From Candidatus Hermodarchaeota archaeon (GTDB lineage: Archaea; Asgardarchaeota; Lokiarchaeia; Sigyniarchaeales; SOKP01), in assembly GCA_048885525.1 (NCBI GenBank), contig JBHLLP010000002.1, positions 67,451-131,450 of the forward strand: DNA of 64,000 nucleotides, given 5' to 3'. Each line of letters opens with the position of its first letter. Position 1 is the stretch's first letter. A program made the translations under genes and the position numbers. Below the pieces are notes generated by a model. That model did not search any database, was not told the origin of the DNA, and saw only the letters and a list, made by a program, of their open reading frames with translations. Positions 17,800 to 27,008 of the stretch are shown here, one piece after another.

Positions 17800-20097
17800 T
17801 TACACGTTTAATTTTTCGGTTAAGTCAATCTCAGTTAAATTATCTAATAAATACATATTTAAAAGTGATAATAACCATGCTAAAGTTGATTCTGCTCCTT
17901 GATTTAGGTTAGGACCTGTTGGTGTTAATGAATCATAACATCCCCCTGTTTTATAATTATATAGTGAAGTATTTAAATCATTTCGACCTAAAAACCACTC
18001 TAGGCAATGACGTGCTTCTATGATCCATTTTTTATCTTGTGTAATTTTAAATGCTTCTATGCATGCTTCAATTATACTTTCAGCTTCAAGTGATTGTTGG
18101 TCAAATCTCGCTTTTTCTCCGTTTCGAGGATACCAACCAGAATTGCCAATTGGAGTAAACTGTCCTTTATGATTCTTTTGAATTTTCACTAACCATTCTA
18201 ATAATCTTAATCCTGCTTCAACCATTTCTCCTCGTTGTAACCATTGTCCAGACATTAGTAGAGCTTGTGGAATTTTTCCATTATCATAAGTTAAAGTGTC
18301 CTCTATCCATGGCCATTTATCACTAGCATTCGAACAATATAACTCAAATAAAGAGTTAGCTATTTTTTCTCGATATCTTCTTATTTTGCTATCTCCTCCA
18401 AATCTAGCTAAGTAAGCATGAATTCCTATTAAACCTAAAGCTAATGCTCTAGGGGATTTAAATTCTGATAAAACCGATACAGCTTTATCAAAGATTATTA
18501 AAGCTTGATCCCCGAATTCTTTTGATTTTGAAAAAGCTACTGTAATCCCTAAACTCCAAACAGCACGCCCATGACTATCTTCAGATCCTTTATCTTCAAG
18601 CCATTTACGATCATATCCTAAAAAGTTACGAAATCGACCATTTTCCTCATTAAAGGCGTGCAATAAAAAACTAAAGTATTTACTATCAAGATTCCTTAGT
18701 AGATTATCTTCAATTAATAAGTTTTGAGCTAAAATTACTACTATTAACGCCCTAGCATTATCATCTGTGCAATAACCATGCACTCGATTAGGTATTATAA
18801 AATTAGCATGCTGTAAAATACCAACATCATCAGTTAACCGATCTAGATGATCAAATTTTAGCTGAGGTAGATCGAATGGAGATGATCGTAATGATTTTAT
18901 CCTTAAAATGGATTTTGGCTCTGATAGTCTTTTTTCAACAACTTCTGCAAATATCTTTATATAATTTCTAGCAACTTCTTTCCAAACCATATCTCTAGAA
19001 TATAAATAGGCTTTTTTACGCATAAGATGTCTCTCAGTTTCGTTATTTAATAGATTAATAATTTGATCTGCAATACTTTCCGGATCTTGAAAAGGTACTA
19101 TTATTCCTTTCCCATCATCTAAAATTTCTTCAGCATACCAATAAGGTGTAGATATTATAGCCTTACCAGTTCCAAGAGCATAAGCAAGTGTTCCAGAGAC
19201 GATTTGTTCTTTGTTTATATATGGAGTTACATAAATATCAGCAGCTCCTAAAAATTCGCATAATTCCTCTAATTCTACAAACCTATTATAAAAAATTATA
19301 TGATCTTCTACTCCTAATTCCCTAGCTCTTATTTGAAGAGAATACCGATATGATTCGCCATGTTCTTTCTTTACATTTGGATGTGTTGCACCAAGAACAA
19401 TATAAGTCACATTTGGATGTGCTTTAATTATTTTGGGTAAGGCATCTATCATTGTTTCTATCCCTTTACCAGGATTAATCAAGCCGAAAGTCAAAATAAC
19501 ATCCTTTCCTTCAACTCCAAATTGATCTTTAAAAAAATTAGGGTCTATAAAAGGAACATCTGGAATTCCATGATGAATTACATTAATTTTATCATCAGAA
19601 ATCCCATATTCTTCTTTTAAAATACGTTTAGCTTTATGACTCATGACGATTAAACGATCTGACAATTTATTTATTGTTTCAACAATCTTTCGTACTTTGG
19701 GTGGAGGATTGGGTATAAGAGTATGTAATGTTGATACAATTGGCATATGTATATTACGAAGTAAGGTTAAGATATAACTTCCATATTCTCCACTATAAAT
19801 GCCAAATTCATGTTGTAGGCAAACTACATCAACCTTATTAATATTCAAAAATTCTGCAGCCAGAGAATAATCTTTTAATCTATTAACATTCAATTCAAAA
19901 CGAACATGATTAGGATAATGATAACCTTCAGGTATATCATTCATTGCTAAAGCCCAACATTTACTTTTTGGTAATTCATTTGAAACTGCTTGTAAAAGAT
20001 CGGCAGTGAAAGTTGCAATACCACATTGACGTGGTATGTAATTACCAATAAAAGCAATATTTCTCAAATTTTGATGGTATATTCTCTTTACACTCAT
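17800..20097 (-). CDS. GT4 glycosyltransferase fused to a C-terminal ~370-aa helical (alpha/alpha-toroid-like) domain
   Basis: Residues ~1-390 form a GT4 domain (IPRQCGIATFTADL; EQIVSGTLAYALGTGKAIIST). The C-terminal part (HGYCTDDNARALIV..., GRAVWSLG..., GAESTLAWLLS) looks like a six-hairpin glycosidase-type repeat, but the family is not identified. Confidence 0.6.
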   Translation of the reverse strand: MSVKRIYHQNLRNIAFIGNYIPRQCGIATFTADLLQAVSNELPKSKCWALAMNDIPEGYHYPNHVRFELNVNRLKDYSLAAEFLNINKVDVVCLQHEFGIYSGEYGSYILTLLRNIHMPIVSTLHTLIPNPPPKVRKIVETINKLSDRLIVMSHKAKRILKEEYGISDDKINVIHHGIPDVPFIDPNFFKDQFGVEGKDVILTFGLINPGKGIETMIDALPKIIKAHPNVTYIVLGATHPNVKKEHGESYRYSLQIRARELGVEDHIIFYNRFVELEELCEFLGAADIYVTPYINKEQIVSGTLAYALGTGKAIISTPYWYAEEILDDGKGIIVPFQDPESIADQIINLLNNETERHLMRKKAYLYSRDMVWKEVARNYIKIFAEVVEKRLSEPKSILRIKSLRSSPFDLPQLKFDHLDRLTDDVGILQHANFIIPNRVHGYCTDDNARALIVVILAQNLLIEDNLLRNLDSKYFSFLLHAFNEENGRFRNFLGYDRKWLEDKGSEDSHGRAVWSLGITVAFSKSKEFGDQALIIFDKAVSVLSEFKSPRALALGLIGIHAYLARFGGDSKIRRYREKIANSLFELYCSNASDKWPWIEDTLTYDNGKIPQALLMSGQWLQRGEMVEAGLRLLEWLVKIQKNHKGQFTPIGNSGWYPRNGEKARFDQQSLEAESIIEACIEAFKITQDKKWIIEARHCLEWFLGRNDLNTSLYNYKTGGCYDSLTPTGPNLNQGAESTLAWLLSLLNMYLLDNLTEIDLTEKLNV

Positions 20098-20180
20098 AAA
20101 AATTATTTTATTTTTTACTAAGATTTTTGTTATATTTACTTAAAATATGTTAATTTAAATACAAATTGAAAAGAAGAGAT

Positions 20181-20603
20181 TTACTTTATAATATCTGTTA
20201 TAAAACAAGTTTCTACAATTTTAATACCTTCAATTTGAGAAATTTTTCCTTCAATTAATGGATTAAACTCTTCAATTGAAGAAATCTCAATTTTTATTAA
20301 TAGACCACAGTCACCAGATAATCTCCAGATATCTGTTACTTCTTCAATATCTTTTAAATTGTTTATTATTCTCTTAATTTCTTTAAAATTTAGTTCCAAT
20401 TTTACGGTTGCATTAATTTTTGGCTGGCTTTCAATATCATATTCAATAGTAAATTTGTCAATTATTTCATTTTCTATCATCTTTTTAACACGACGTCTGA
20501 TAGTCGCTTCTGTTTTTCCTACAACCTCAGCAATTTCACTATAAGATTTTCTACTATCTTCTTTCAATTCCTCTAAAATAACAAGATCAATTGCATCCAA
20601 CAT
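20181..20603 (-). CDS. Lrp/AsnC family transcriptional regulator
   Basis: MLDAIDLVILEELKEDSRKSYSEIAEVVGKTEATIRRRVKKM HTH plus a C-terminal RAM-like domain. I prefer the ATG at 20601..20603 to the listed TTG at 20621. Confidence 0.85.
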   Translation of the reverse strand: MLDAIDLVILEELKEDSRKSYSEIAEVVGKTEATIRRRVKKMIENEIIDKFTIEYDIESQPKINATVKLELNFKEIKRIINNLKDIEEVTDIWRLSGDCGLLIKIEISSIEEFNPLIEGKISQIEGIKIVETCFITDIIK

Positions 20604-20783
20604 TTTATTAATCTCAATCAAGATAATAACCGATATTATATAAAATTTAGGTTTATGAAAAAGACTTTGTATTAAAATGTAGTATTATAAATTATTTTGT
20701 TTATTAAATTATCAAAAAGTATCACATCCGAGCATTTAAGGTAATAACTTAAGAAAAGCTAAATTTTCCAAATCGAAAAACAT

Positions 20784-21230
20784 TCATTTTAAGATTGGAT
20801 TTGTAATAAAATTAATAATTTTAGGCAGAGTTTCATGAATAAATTCATTAGAAGGATTACCTATCTTTATTCCTTTGCATTTTCTTTCTAAATATATATT
20901 ATATCGTTTTTTCCTATAAAGATAGAATAATCTTTTATTATTTGACTTTAAAATTAAAAATGGGAAGATTTTACATATTATAGGTTTTATTTGGTGTATT
21001 TTACATTTAGATTTCCCATCTGAAGTTTCTTGAAAAATACAATTTCCACTTATTGTTCGTTTAAGGAAATATTTTATTGGATATTTATTATAATTAAAAA
21101 TTTCGCTCCCAAACAATATATAAATTTTCTCATATTCATTTTTTTCTAAAGAGATATCATAAGAACGACAGCATAGTCCACAGGATACACATTTCCATGA
21201 TTCTACTTTTCTCCATGATATAAATTTCAT
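20784..21230 (-). CDS. YkgJ/UPF0153-type CxxCxxCC zinc/iron-chelating domain protein
   Basis: KCVSCGLCCRSYDISL motif near the N-terminus, with further Cys (CKIHQIKPIICKIFPF). Confidence 0.55.
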   Translation of the reverse strand: MKFISWRKVESWKCVSCGLCCRSYDISLEKNEYEKIYILFGSEIFNYNKYPIKYFLKRTISGNCIFQETSDGKSKCKIHQIKPIICKIFPFLILKSNNKRLFYLYRKKRYNIYLERKCKGIKIGNPSNEFIHETLPKIINFITNPILK

Positions 21231-21276
21231 TTGTCAGCAATTTTGTTTTATTATTTAATCTATAATTTTTTTGAAA

Positions 21277-21492
21277 TTATTCAAGTGTTTCTTTTTTCCA
21301 ATCCTTCATTTTCTCCAAATTCTTGAATTCTTCCCCCGGTGGATGATATATTTCTTTATTGAATTTATAGGATTTTATTATTTCTTTCTCTAAAGGTTTG
21401 GTTTGACCGCAAGAATTACAAATGAGAACATTATTATCTTTATCTTTAGATGGAAGCATCATTCCATCACATTTTTCACAAAATTCAACCAT
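21277..21492 (-). CDS. Small zinc-ribbon protein resembling only the N-terminal ribbon of TFS / RNA polymerase subunit M
   Basis: MVEFCEKCDGMMLPSKDKDNNVLICNSCGQ matches the M-FCPKCG-L-(x)-CxxCG N-ribbon. The C-terminal TFIIS-type ribbon is absent. Confidence 0.4.
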   Translation of the reverse strand: MVEFCEKCDGMMLPSKDKDNNVLICNSCGQTKPLEKEIIKSYKFNKEIYHPPGEEFKNLEKMKDWKKETLE

Positions 21493-21532
21493 TTTTTATC
21501 AATTGCTATATCTATCTACTTCTATTCAATTT

Positions 21533-22162
21533 TTATAAGAAAGTTAATTCAAACTCTTCTTCAATTACTTTTTCGCTGGTAATATTCATATTATTAATCA
21601 CTTTTATTAGCTTCAAAATTGCTTTTTCTAAAATCTCTTCCTTTTTAACTCCAGTACAAACATACTTGCCTGTTGAAAATAGCAAAAATACCGCACGAGG
21701 ATTTTTCATATTATAAATCAAACCAGGAAAGACTTCAGGTTCATACATGACATAATCCATTACTAAGACAGCTTTATTTAAATCTATAAGAGTGTGCAAA
21801 TTACCATTTGCAACTATATTTTGAATAGAAATTTTAGGGTCAGATATCTTAATGCCAAACTTTTTTATTTTTTTTAACAACTTTTTAACTGCAATTTCAG
21901 CATCATGGACAAATTCAAGACCTGTAATTACCATTTTACCTGTAGAGAAAATCAAAAATGTAGCCCTGGGATCATCTTGTCTATAAATTAAGCCAGGGAA
22001 TCTTTCTGGAAAATATTCAGCATCATATAATTTTCGAGCTATTTTCACCAGATCGAATTTCTCAGTAATATCTATTTTTGCTGTAGCTACGATATTATTT
22101 ATTCTATAATCCAAATTGCTTTCATAGTTTTCCTTTTGTTCAGATTTATAAATATCTGTCAC
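21533..22162 (-). CDS. tbp: TATA-box binding protein
   Basis: Two TBP repeats: NIVATAKI...FPGLIYRQDDPRATFLIFSTGKMVITG and NIVANGNL...FPGLIYNMKNPRAVFLLFSTGKYVCTG. GTG start 2 nt after the upstream stop. Confidence 0.95.
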   Translation of the reverse strand: MTDIYKSEQKENYESNLDYRINNIVATAKIDITEKFDLVKIARKLYDAEYFPERFPGLIYRQDDPRATFLIFSTGKMVITGLEFVHDAEIAVKKLLKKIKKFGIKISDPKISIQNIVANGNLHTLIDLNKAVLVMDYVMYEPEVFPGLIYNMKNPRAVFLLFSTGKYVCTGVKKEEILEKAILKLIKVINNMNITSEKVIEEEFELTFL

Positions 22163-22164
22163 TT

Positions 22165-22425
22165 TTATCCCCTTTTTTCATTTTCGATTAATTTAATAAT
22201 TTCTTTTTTGTAAAGCTCATGATTACCAGAATGCTTTGCTTTTTTAAACAATCTTTGTAGCTGTCGTTTAGCAATTGGTCTAAGCTTCTTAAAATTTATT
22301 TCTAATTCTTTATCATCAGCAGAGATGTCTTTACTTATTTTTTCTCTTTTGAAATCTAAGTGTTCTCTATAAATTTTACCTCTATAATGATATTTATCAC
22401 ATTTATTACAATAATATTTATTCAT
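22165..22425 (-). CDS. Hypothetical small basic protein with N-terminal Cys/His knuckle
   Basis: YYCNKCDKYHYRGKIYREH. Translationally coupled to tbp, with a 2-nt gap. Confidence 0.4.
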   Translation of the reverse strand: MNKYYCNKCDKYHYRGKIYREHLDFKREKISKDISADDKELEINFKKLRPIAKRQLQRLFKKAKHSGNHELYKKEIIKLIENEKRG

Positions 22426-22539
22426 TTAAACCATTATTTTCTTTAATTTAACTTAATTATTATATCCAAATACTAGAAATTTAATTATTTCATATTCAAT
22501 TGAATCTAGGAAAGATTAAGGGAAATGGGGATATTATTA

Positions 22540-22806
22540 TCACTTGCTTTCCAAAATGAACAACTTACGATCATGAGGTATATAAAAAGTATCGTTTTTC
22601 TTTATTATTACTGAATGAAAGTACTCTGCTAAGCCAAGAAAACCGCGTATTATTGCTTCATCTTGCTCAAAAGTAAATTTTATGATAGATGTCGCATTAT
22701 TAGATTTAAATTTAACTTTATCTTGGACTCTATTATCTATTAGAGGGAGTTTTAATTCAGTTATAAGTTCATATACTTTTTTCATAAAATCTTCTTGTGT
22801 TCCCAT
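22540..22806 (-). CDS. Hypothetical protein
   Basis: ORF only. I prefer ATG 22804..22806, which has GGTG 5 nt upstream, to the listed TTG at 22824. Confidence 0.4.
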   Translation of the reverse strand: MGTQEDFMKKVYELITELKLPLIDNRVQDKVKFKSNNATSIIKFTFEQDEAIIRGFLGLAEYFHSVIIKKNDTFYIPHDRKLFILESK

Positions 22807-23376
22807 TTCAACACCATTGAACAATTTAACTACTTTTTATAAATTTCTAATAACAATGCTTGATTGTCCCCTAAATATCATTTTAAATTAACCAATTTGA
22901 TTAAATATCTAAAAAAATCCTTATGAAAAGGTAGAAAATAATTTTTCTTTTATTATAATATCTTATTTGATATTCAGGTTAATTTAAAAGGACAATTACA
23001 CTTAAAGGATATCAAATCATTTTTATATCTATTTTATTAAAAAAAATAAGGATATTTAATTTTTACCATAAAACAAAAGAAATAACTTTATAAATTCCTA
23101 TTAAGGTTTTAATATCCTTTCCTTTTTGAAACAAATTTTTTATGATTAAGTTTTCTTCATTAACTATTCAATTTTTAAATCTCTTTTATATTATTTAATA
23201 TAAATTTTAGGAATTTTCTTGAAAAAAAGGAATTAGATTAATCTATATTCTCCTTGAAATATCTTCTATTAAATTAATTAGTTCTCATAAATTTTATTAG
23301 AATTTTATGATTTAATTTAAATTGTAAATTCTTTAGTATCAAAAATAAACATTTAATTTATGATGAGCCTAGCATA

Positions 23377-24732
23377 ATGAGTATATACGCTGATGATGTC
23401 GTAAACTTTACATCTGTATTAAAGATTGCATATAATTTTTTAACTGGGAGAGATTATTTACAAAAAAAAAAATCAAAAGAAAGTAAGACTCTGGTTTCGG
23501 TAGCATCAGGATTTCCTGATTTGGTATTCGCTGCTGATTCGATTCCTGTTTTTCCAATCCGCATGGAAAAGTTTAAACTTAACGTATATTTACTTGCTTT
23601 AAATTCAGCAACAAGTCTATTTGGTTGGAATCTGACAATGAAATTGTTAGGTATTGCCCGACAAATAGATTTTCTTAAAATCGTAGATAATGTATTAAAT
23701 GACGTAATTAATTCAATTAATAATAAGTATAATTTAATGTATGATTTAGCAATAAAAAAAAATGTTTCATCAGATTTTTGTTTTGGTATTAAATCTATGT
23801 ATGGAATGAATGTTTCGGAAGCAAATATATGTGATTGTAGTTTAAATTATACTATTCGATGTAGTAAATATAATCAATACCTTAAATCGTTAAGAGCAAT
23901 AATTCCAAATCAAATTTGGATTGAAATTCCTCCAAATGAAAAGATAAATGAAAATAAATCATTAGAAATTATGGTTGATAACATACAAAAAGGTATTGTA
24001 GAATTGGAAAATTTCACCGGAAACATAGTAACGGATAATAGCCTAAATAAACAATTTCGAATAGGTAATCAAGTAAAGAGATATTATAAAACAATCATTG
24101 ATGAGATTAGCACCTCAGATTTTTTTCCGTGTAATCCTGCTACTTTTGCAGAAATCTTAGCATTATTAACCATCTCTTTTCAAGATTATAATTCCAATGC
24201 TCAGAGATATTTGGAAAATATTAGCCATTTAGTAAAAGAAATGAGAGAACGTATAGAAAGAGGCGTTGGGATGGATGTGTCCAATATGCCAAGAATATTA
24301 TTATCCCCAATATTTAATGGTTGGGAACCTGAAACTCAAGAAATCATTTATAATTTAGGAGGAAAAGTAATATACTCAGATTGGGATTTGCTAGGATTAT
24401 TAGAAGAAATTCCTGTTTCAAAGGATTCTGATCCAATTGAGGAATATGCTCGATTCCTTTTAAATTCCTCAAAAAAAGGATTATCATGTCTAAATAATTG
24501 CGATACTTTAACCAATTCTTACCAAAAATATATAAAAAAGCTGAAAGTTGATGGTTTTATAATTAATCAATTAGCCGATTGTAATATAAATTTTAATTGT
24601 TATGACTTTTTGGAAAATAAAATTAGAACTGAACTTAGAATACCTTCAATTGGAATTAATTTTAGAAAGATAGGAGATAATGTTGAACAAACAAAGTCTA
24701 AATTAATAACCTTCATGGAATTATTCAGCTAA
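23377..24732 (+). CDS. 2-hydroxyacyl-CoA dehydratase / benzoyl-CoA reductase family subunit (HgdB/BcrC-like), full length
   Basis: N-terminal VSVASGFPDLVFAADSIPVFP resembles the family's PxELixAaGxxPv region. It is a paralog of 3..1040, with roughly half of aligned residues identical by eye. Confidence 0.6.
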   Translation: MSIYADDVVNFTSVLKIAYNFLTGRDYLQKKKSKESKTLVSVASGFPDLVFAADSIPVFPIRMEKFKLNVYLLALNSATSLFGWNLTMKLLGIARQIDFLKIVDNVLNDVINSINNKYNLMYDLAIKKNVSSDFCFGIKSMYGMNVSEANICDCSLNYTIRCSKYNQYLKSLRAIIPNQIWIEIPPNEKINENKSLEIMVDNIQKGIVELENFTGNIVTDNSLNKQFRIGNQVKRYYKTIIDEISTSDFFPCNPATFAEILALLTISFQDYNSNAQRYLENISHLVKEMRERIERGVGMDVSNMPRILLSPIFNGWEPETQEIIYNLGGKVIYSDWDLLGLLEEIPVSKDSDPIEEYARFLLNSSKKGLSCLNNCDTLTNSYQKYIKKLKVDGFIINQLADCNINFNCYDFLENKIRTELRIPSIGINFRKIGDNVEQTKSKLITFMELFS

Positions 24733-24749
24733 AGAAAGAAGAAAAACGC

Positions 24750-25226
24750 TTAAGTACCAAAAAAATCGGAGGGTTTAAGTAAGTGTTGATCTTCCTCTTT
24801 CTCCTTTTTTGCTTTTTCATGAGGATCTACCCATTCTGGTTCACTAGTTGCTGTAGTTGGTGCAGCTCCTCCAGGAGCCTTTAACCCGGATGCTTTTAAA
24901 CGAATATCCGCCGATATCGCTTCTGGTTGTTGTCCCACCATAACTGATGCTGTTGGTACATAATTAATTCCTCCTGCTTTTAAGACTTTTAATTCACTTA
25001 ACACCTTCTCAAGATTCATTGATTGTACACTTTTATTCATTGTGTCCATTATTTCTTTTAGTGATTTAGATGTTTCTCTTAATCCTTTTGGATTAATACC
25101 TGTAAGTAAAGAATCTAAATTAGCACTTATATTTTCATTTAATTCTTTTAGAGATTCCAACACAGTATTCCAATGTTTATTCATTTGAGATTCAATGGCA
25201 CTAATCATTTTGATGGTTTCATTCAC
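24750..25226 (-). CDS. Hypothetical coiled-coil protein (main ORF; possibly continuous with 25236..25352 across a TGA)
   Basis: Helical heptad-like N-terminal part and an Ala/Pro/Gly/Thr-rich linker, ending in an acidic/basic tail. GTG start as listed. Confidence 0.5.
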   Translation of the reverse strand: MNETIKMISAIESQMNKHWNTVLESLKELNENISANLDSLLTGINPKGLRETSKSLKEIMDTMNKSVQSMNLEKVLSELKVLKAGGINYVPTASVMVGQQPEAISADIRLKASGLKAPGGAAPTTATSEPEWVDPHEKAKKEKEEDQHLLKPSDFFGT

Positions 25227-25235
25227 GAAATTTCA

Positions 25236-25352
25236 GGAAAACTGAAAAATTTTCATGAAATTGACATGTGCCTCATATCTCTCCTCGTCCTTAGCTCGAA
25301 GATCTGAAATAAGCATTATAAGCTTCCTTAGAGCTTCTTTTTCTTCACTCAT
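25236..25352 (-). CDS. 39-codon ATG-initiated ORF in the same frame as 24750..25226, separated from it by a single TGA (25233..25235)
   Basis: MSEEKEALRKLIMLISDLRAKDEERYEAHVNFMKIFQFS, read directly. The AT-rich divergent intergenic region begins right upstream. Confidence 0.35.
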
Positions 25353-25461
25353 TATTTACCAAAATATATATTATTTTTTCTAATTATTATAATGATTATA
25401 AAGATTTTTATATATATTCCTTTCTAATATTTAATCTAATAATTTTAAAGCGAATATTAAA

Positions 25462-26949
25462 ATGCCAATTAAACATAAAGAATGGGTTAAAAATCCAAAA
25501 ATTTTTGAAATTAATACATGGTCATGGCTTCATTTTCTATCAGAGACTTTTAATAATCCGATTACTCTAAAGAATGTCCCTAACGAGATTATTCAAAGAG
25601 AATTAAGATTTTTCGACGCAGTGTGGCTTATGGGGGTGTGGGAAAGAAGTCCTGCTAGTAAAAAGATAGCATTTGAGCATCCTGATCTACAAGAAGAATA
25701 TCATAAAGCTTTAGAAGACTTTAGAGATGATGACGTTATAGGATCACCATATTCAGTATATTATTATCATGTTGATAAATATTTTGGTGGTATTGATGGT
25801 TTAAAGAAGGTCAGAGAGAGATTTGCTGAACAAGATATCAGATTAATATTGGATTACGTCCCAAATCATGTATCTATAGATTCATTATGGACATTTGAAT
25901 CAGGTTTATTCATTGAAGGGACTTTAGATGATTTAATGGCTCATCCATATGAATTTTTCAGTATAGGAAAAAAAGTATTTGCTTATGGTCGTGATCCAAA
26001 TTTTCCTCCTTGGACAGACACAATTCAAATTAACGCTTTCTCAAAAGAGGCTCGTCAAAAGACAATTAATACTCTTTTAAGTATTGCTGAACTCTGTGAT
26101 GGTATTCGCTGTGATATGGCAATGTTAATGACCAATAATATATTTAATAGAACATGGGGTAAAAGAGCGGGACCTCCTCCAAAACAAGAATTTTGGGAAG
26201 AAATCATTACTGCTGTGAAGGAGAAATATCCAAATTTCCTATTTATAGCAGAAGTGTATTGGGATATGGAATGGGAACTTCAACAACAAGGATTCGATTT
26301 TTGTTATGATAAAAAGTTGTATGAGCGATTAACCCATGAGAATGCAACCCTAATTAGAGATCATCTAAAGGCAGAATGGCTTTATCAAAGTAAGCTTATG
26401 AGATTTATTGAAAACCATGATGAGTTAAGAGCTGTAGAAAGATTTGGAGAAGAGAAGTCAAAAGCTGCTGCAATTATAGCATTTACGTTACCAGGAGCAA
26501 GATTAATATATGAGGGACAGACTCGTGGTAATAAAGTAAAATTACCAGTTCAACTTGGAAGAAGACCATTTGAAGAAGATAATAAAAATCTATATAATTT
26601 TTATCAAAATTTATTAAAATCAATTCCTGGAAGAGAATTTGGTAATGCTAGCTGGTCTCTATGTGAATCAAAATCTTTAGAGTCTAACAATTCTTCATTT
26701 TCAAATATCATTTCTTATTTATGGTGGATAAATGATAATTATAGACTTATAGTTGTTAATTATAGTCCAGTTCCTTCAAAAGCTCATGTAAGAATAAGTC
26801 CTTTTCATTTTGATACTCATAAATGGAAATTCATAGACTTACTTAATCAGAAATCCTATACATACAATGGAGAAGATTTGTATAAACATGGTTTATATGT
26901 AGAGTTAAATGCATGGAATGGTCATATTTTTAGTATAAAGAAAGATTAG
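25462..26949 (+). CDS. GH13 alpha-amylase family glycoside hydrolase
   Basis: GH13 conserved regions in order: LDYVPNHVS, GIRCDMAM, FIAEVYWD, FIENHDE. Confidence 0.8.
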   Translation: MPIKHKEWVKNPKIFEINTWSWLHFLSETFNNPITLKNVPNEIIQRELRFFDAVWLMGVWERSPASKKIAFEHPDLQEEYHKALEDFRDDDVIGSPYSVYYYHVDKYFGGIDGLKKVRERFAEQDIRLILDYVPNHVSIDSLWTFESGLFIEGTLDDLMAHPYEFFSIGKKVFAYGRDPNFPPWTDTIQINAFSKEARQKTINTLLSIAELCDGIRCDMAMLMTNNIFNRTWGKRAGPPPKQEFWEEIITAVKEKYPNFLFIAEVYWDMEWELQQQGFDFCYDKKLYERLTHENATLIRDHLKAEWLYQSKLMRFIENHDELRAVERFGEEKSKAAAIIAFTLPGARLIYEGQTRGNKVKLPVQLGRRPFEEDNKNLYNFYQNLLKSIPGREFGNASWSLCESKSLESNNSSFSNIISYLWWINDNYRLIVVNYSPVPSKAHVRISPFHFDTHKWKFIDLLNQKSYTYNGEDLYKHGLYVELNAWNGHIFSIKKD

Positions 26950-27008
26950 TAGGTTTCATCATCTACTCGTAAGAAGTTTTTAATAATATAATAAACTAAT
27001 GCTTTATA

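Noticed and set aside
25233-25235. In-frame TGA read as selenocysteine or as genome-wide TGA recoding
   Set aside because: TGA clearly functions as a stop elsewhere in the window (purS 43981..43983, DUF3795-like 42196..42198, B12-like gene 6429..6431). There is no redox CxxU-type context, and I saw no SECIS-like hairpin in the very short 3' region. The split gene is kept as a finding, but the Sec/recoding explanation is not favoured.
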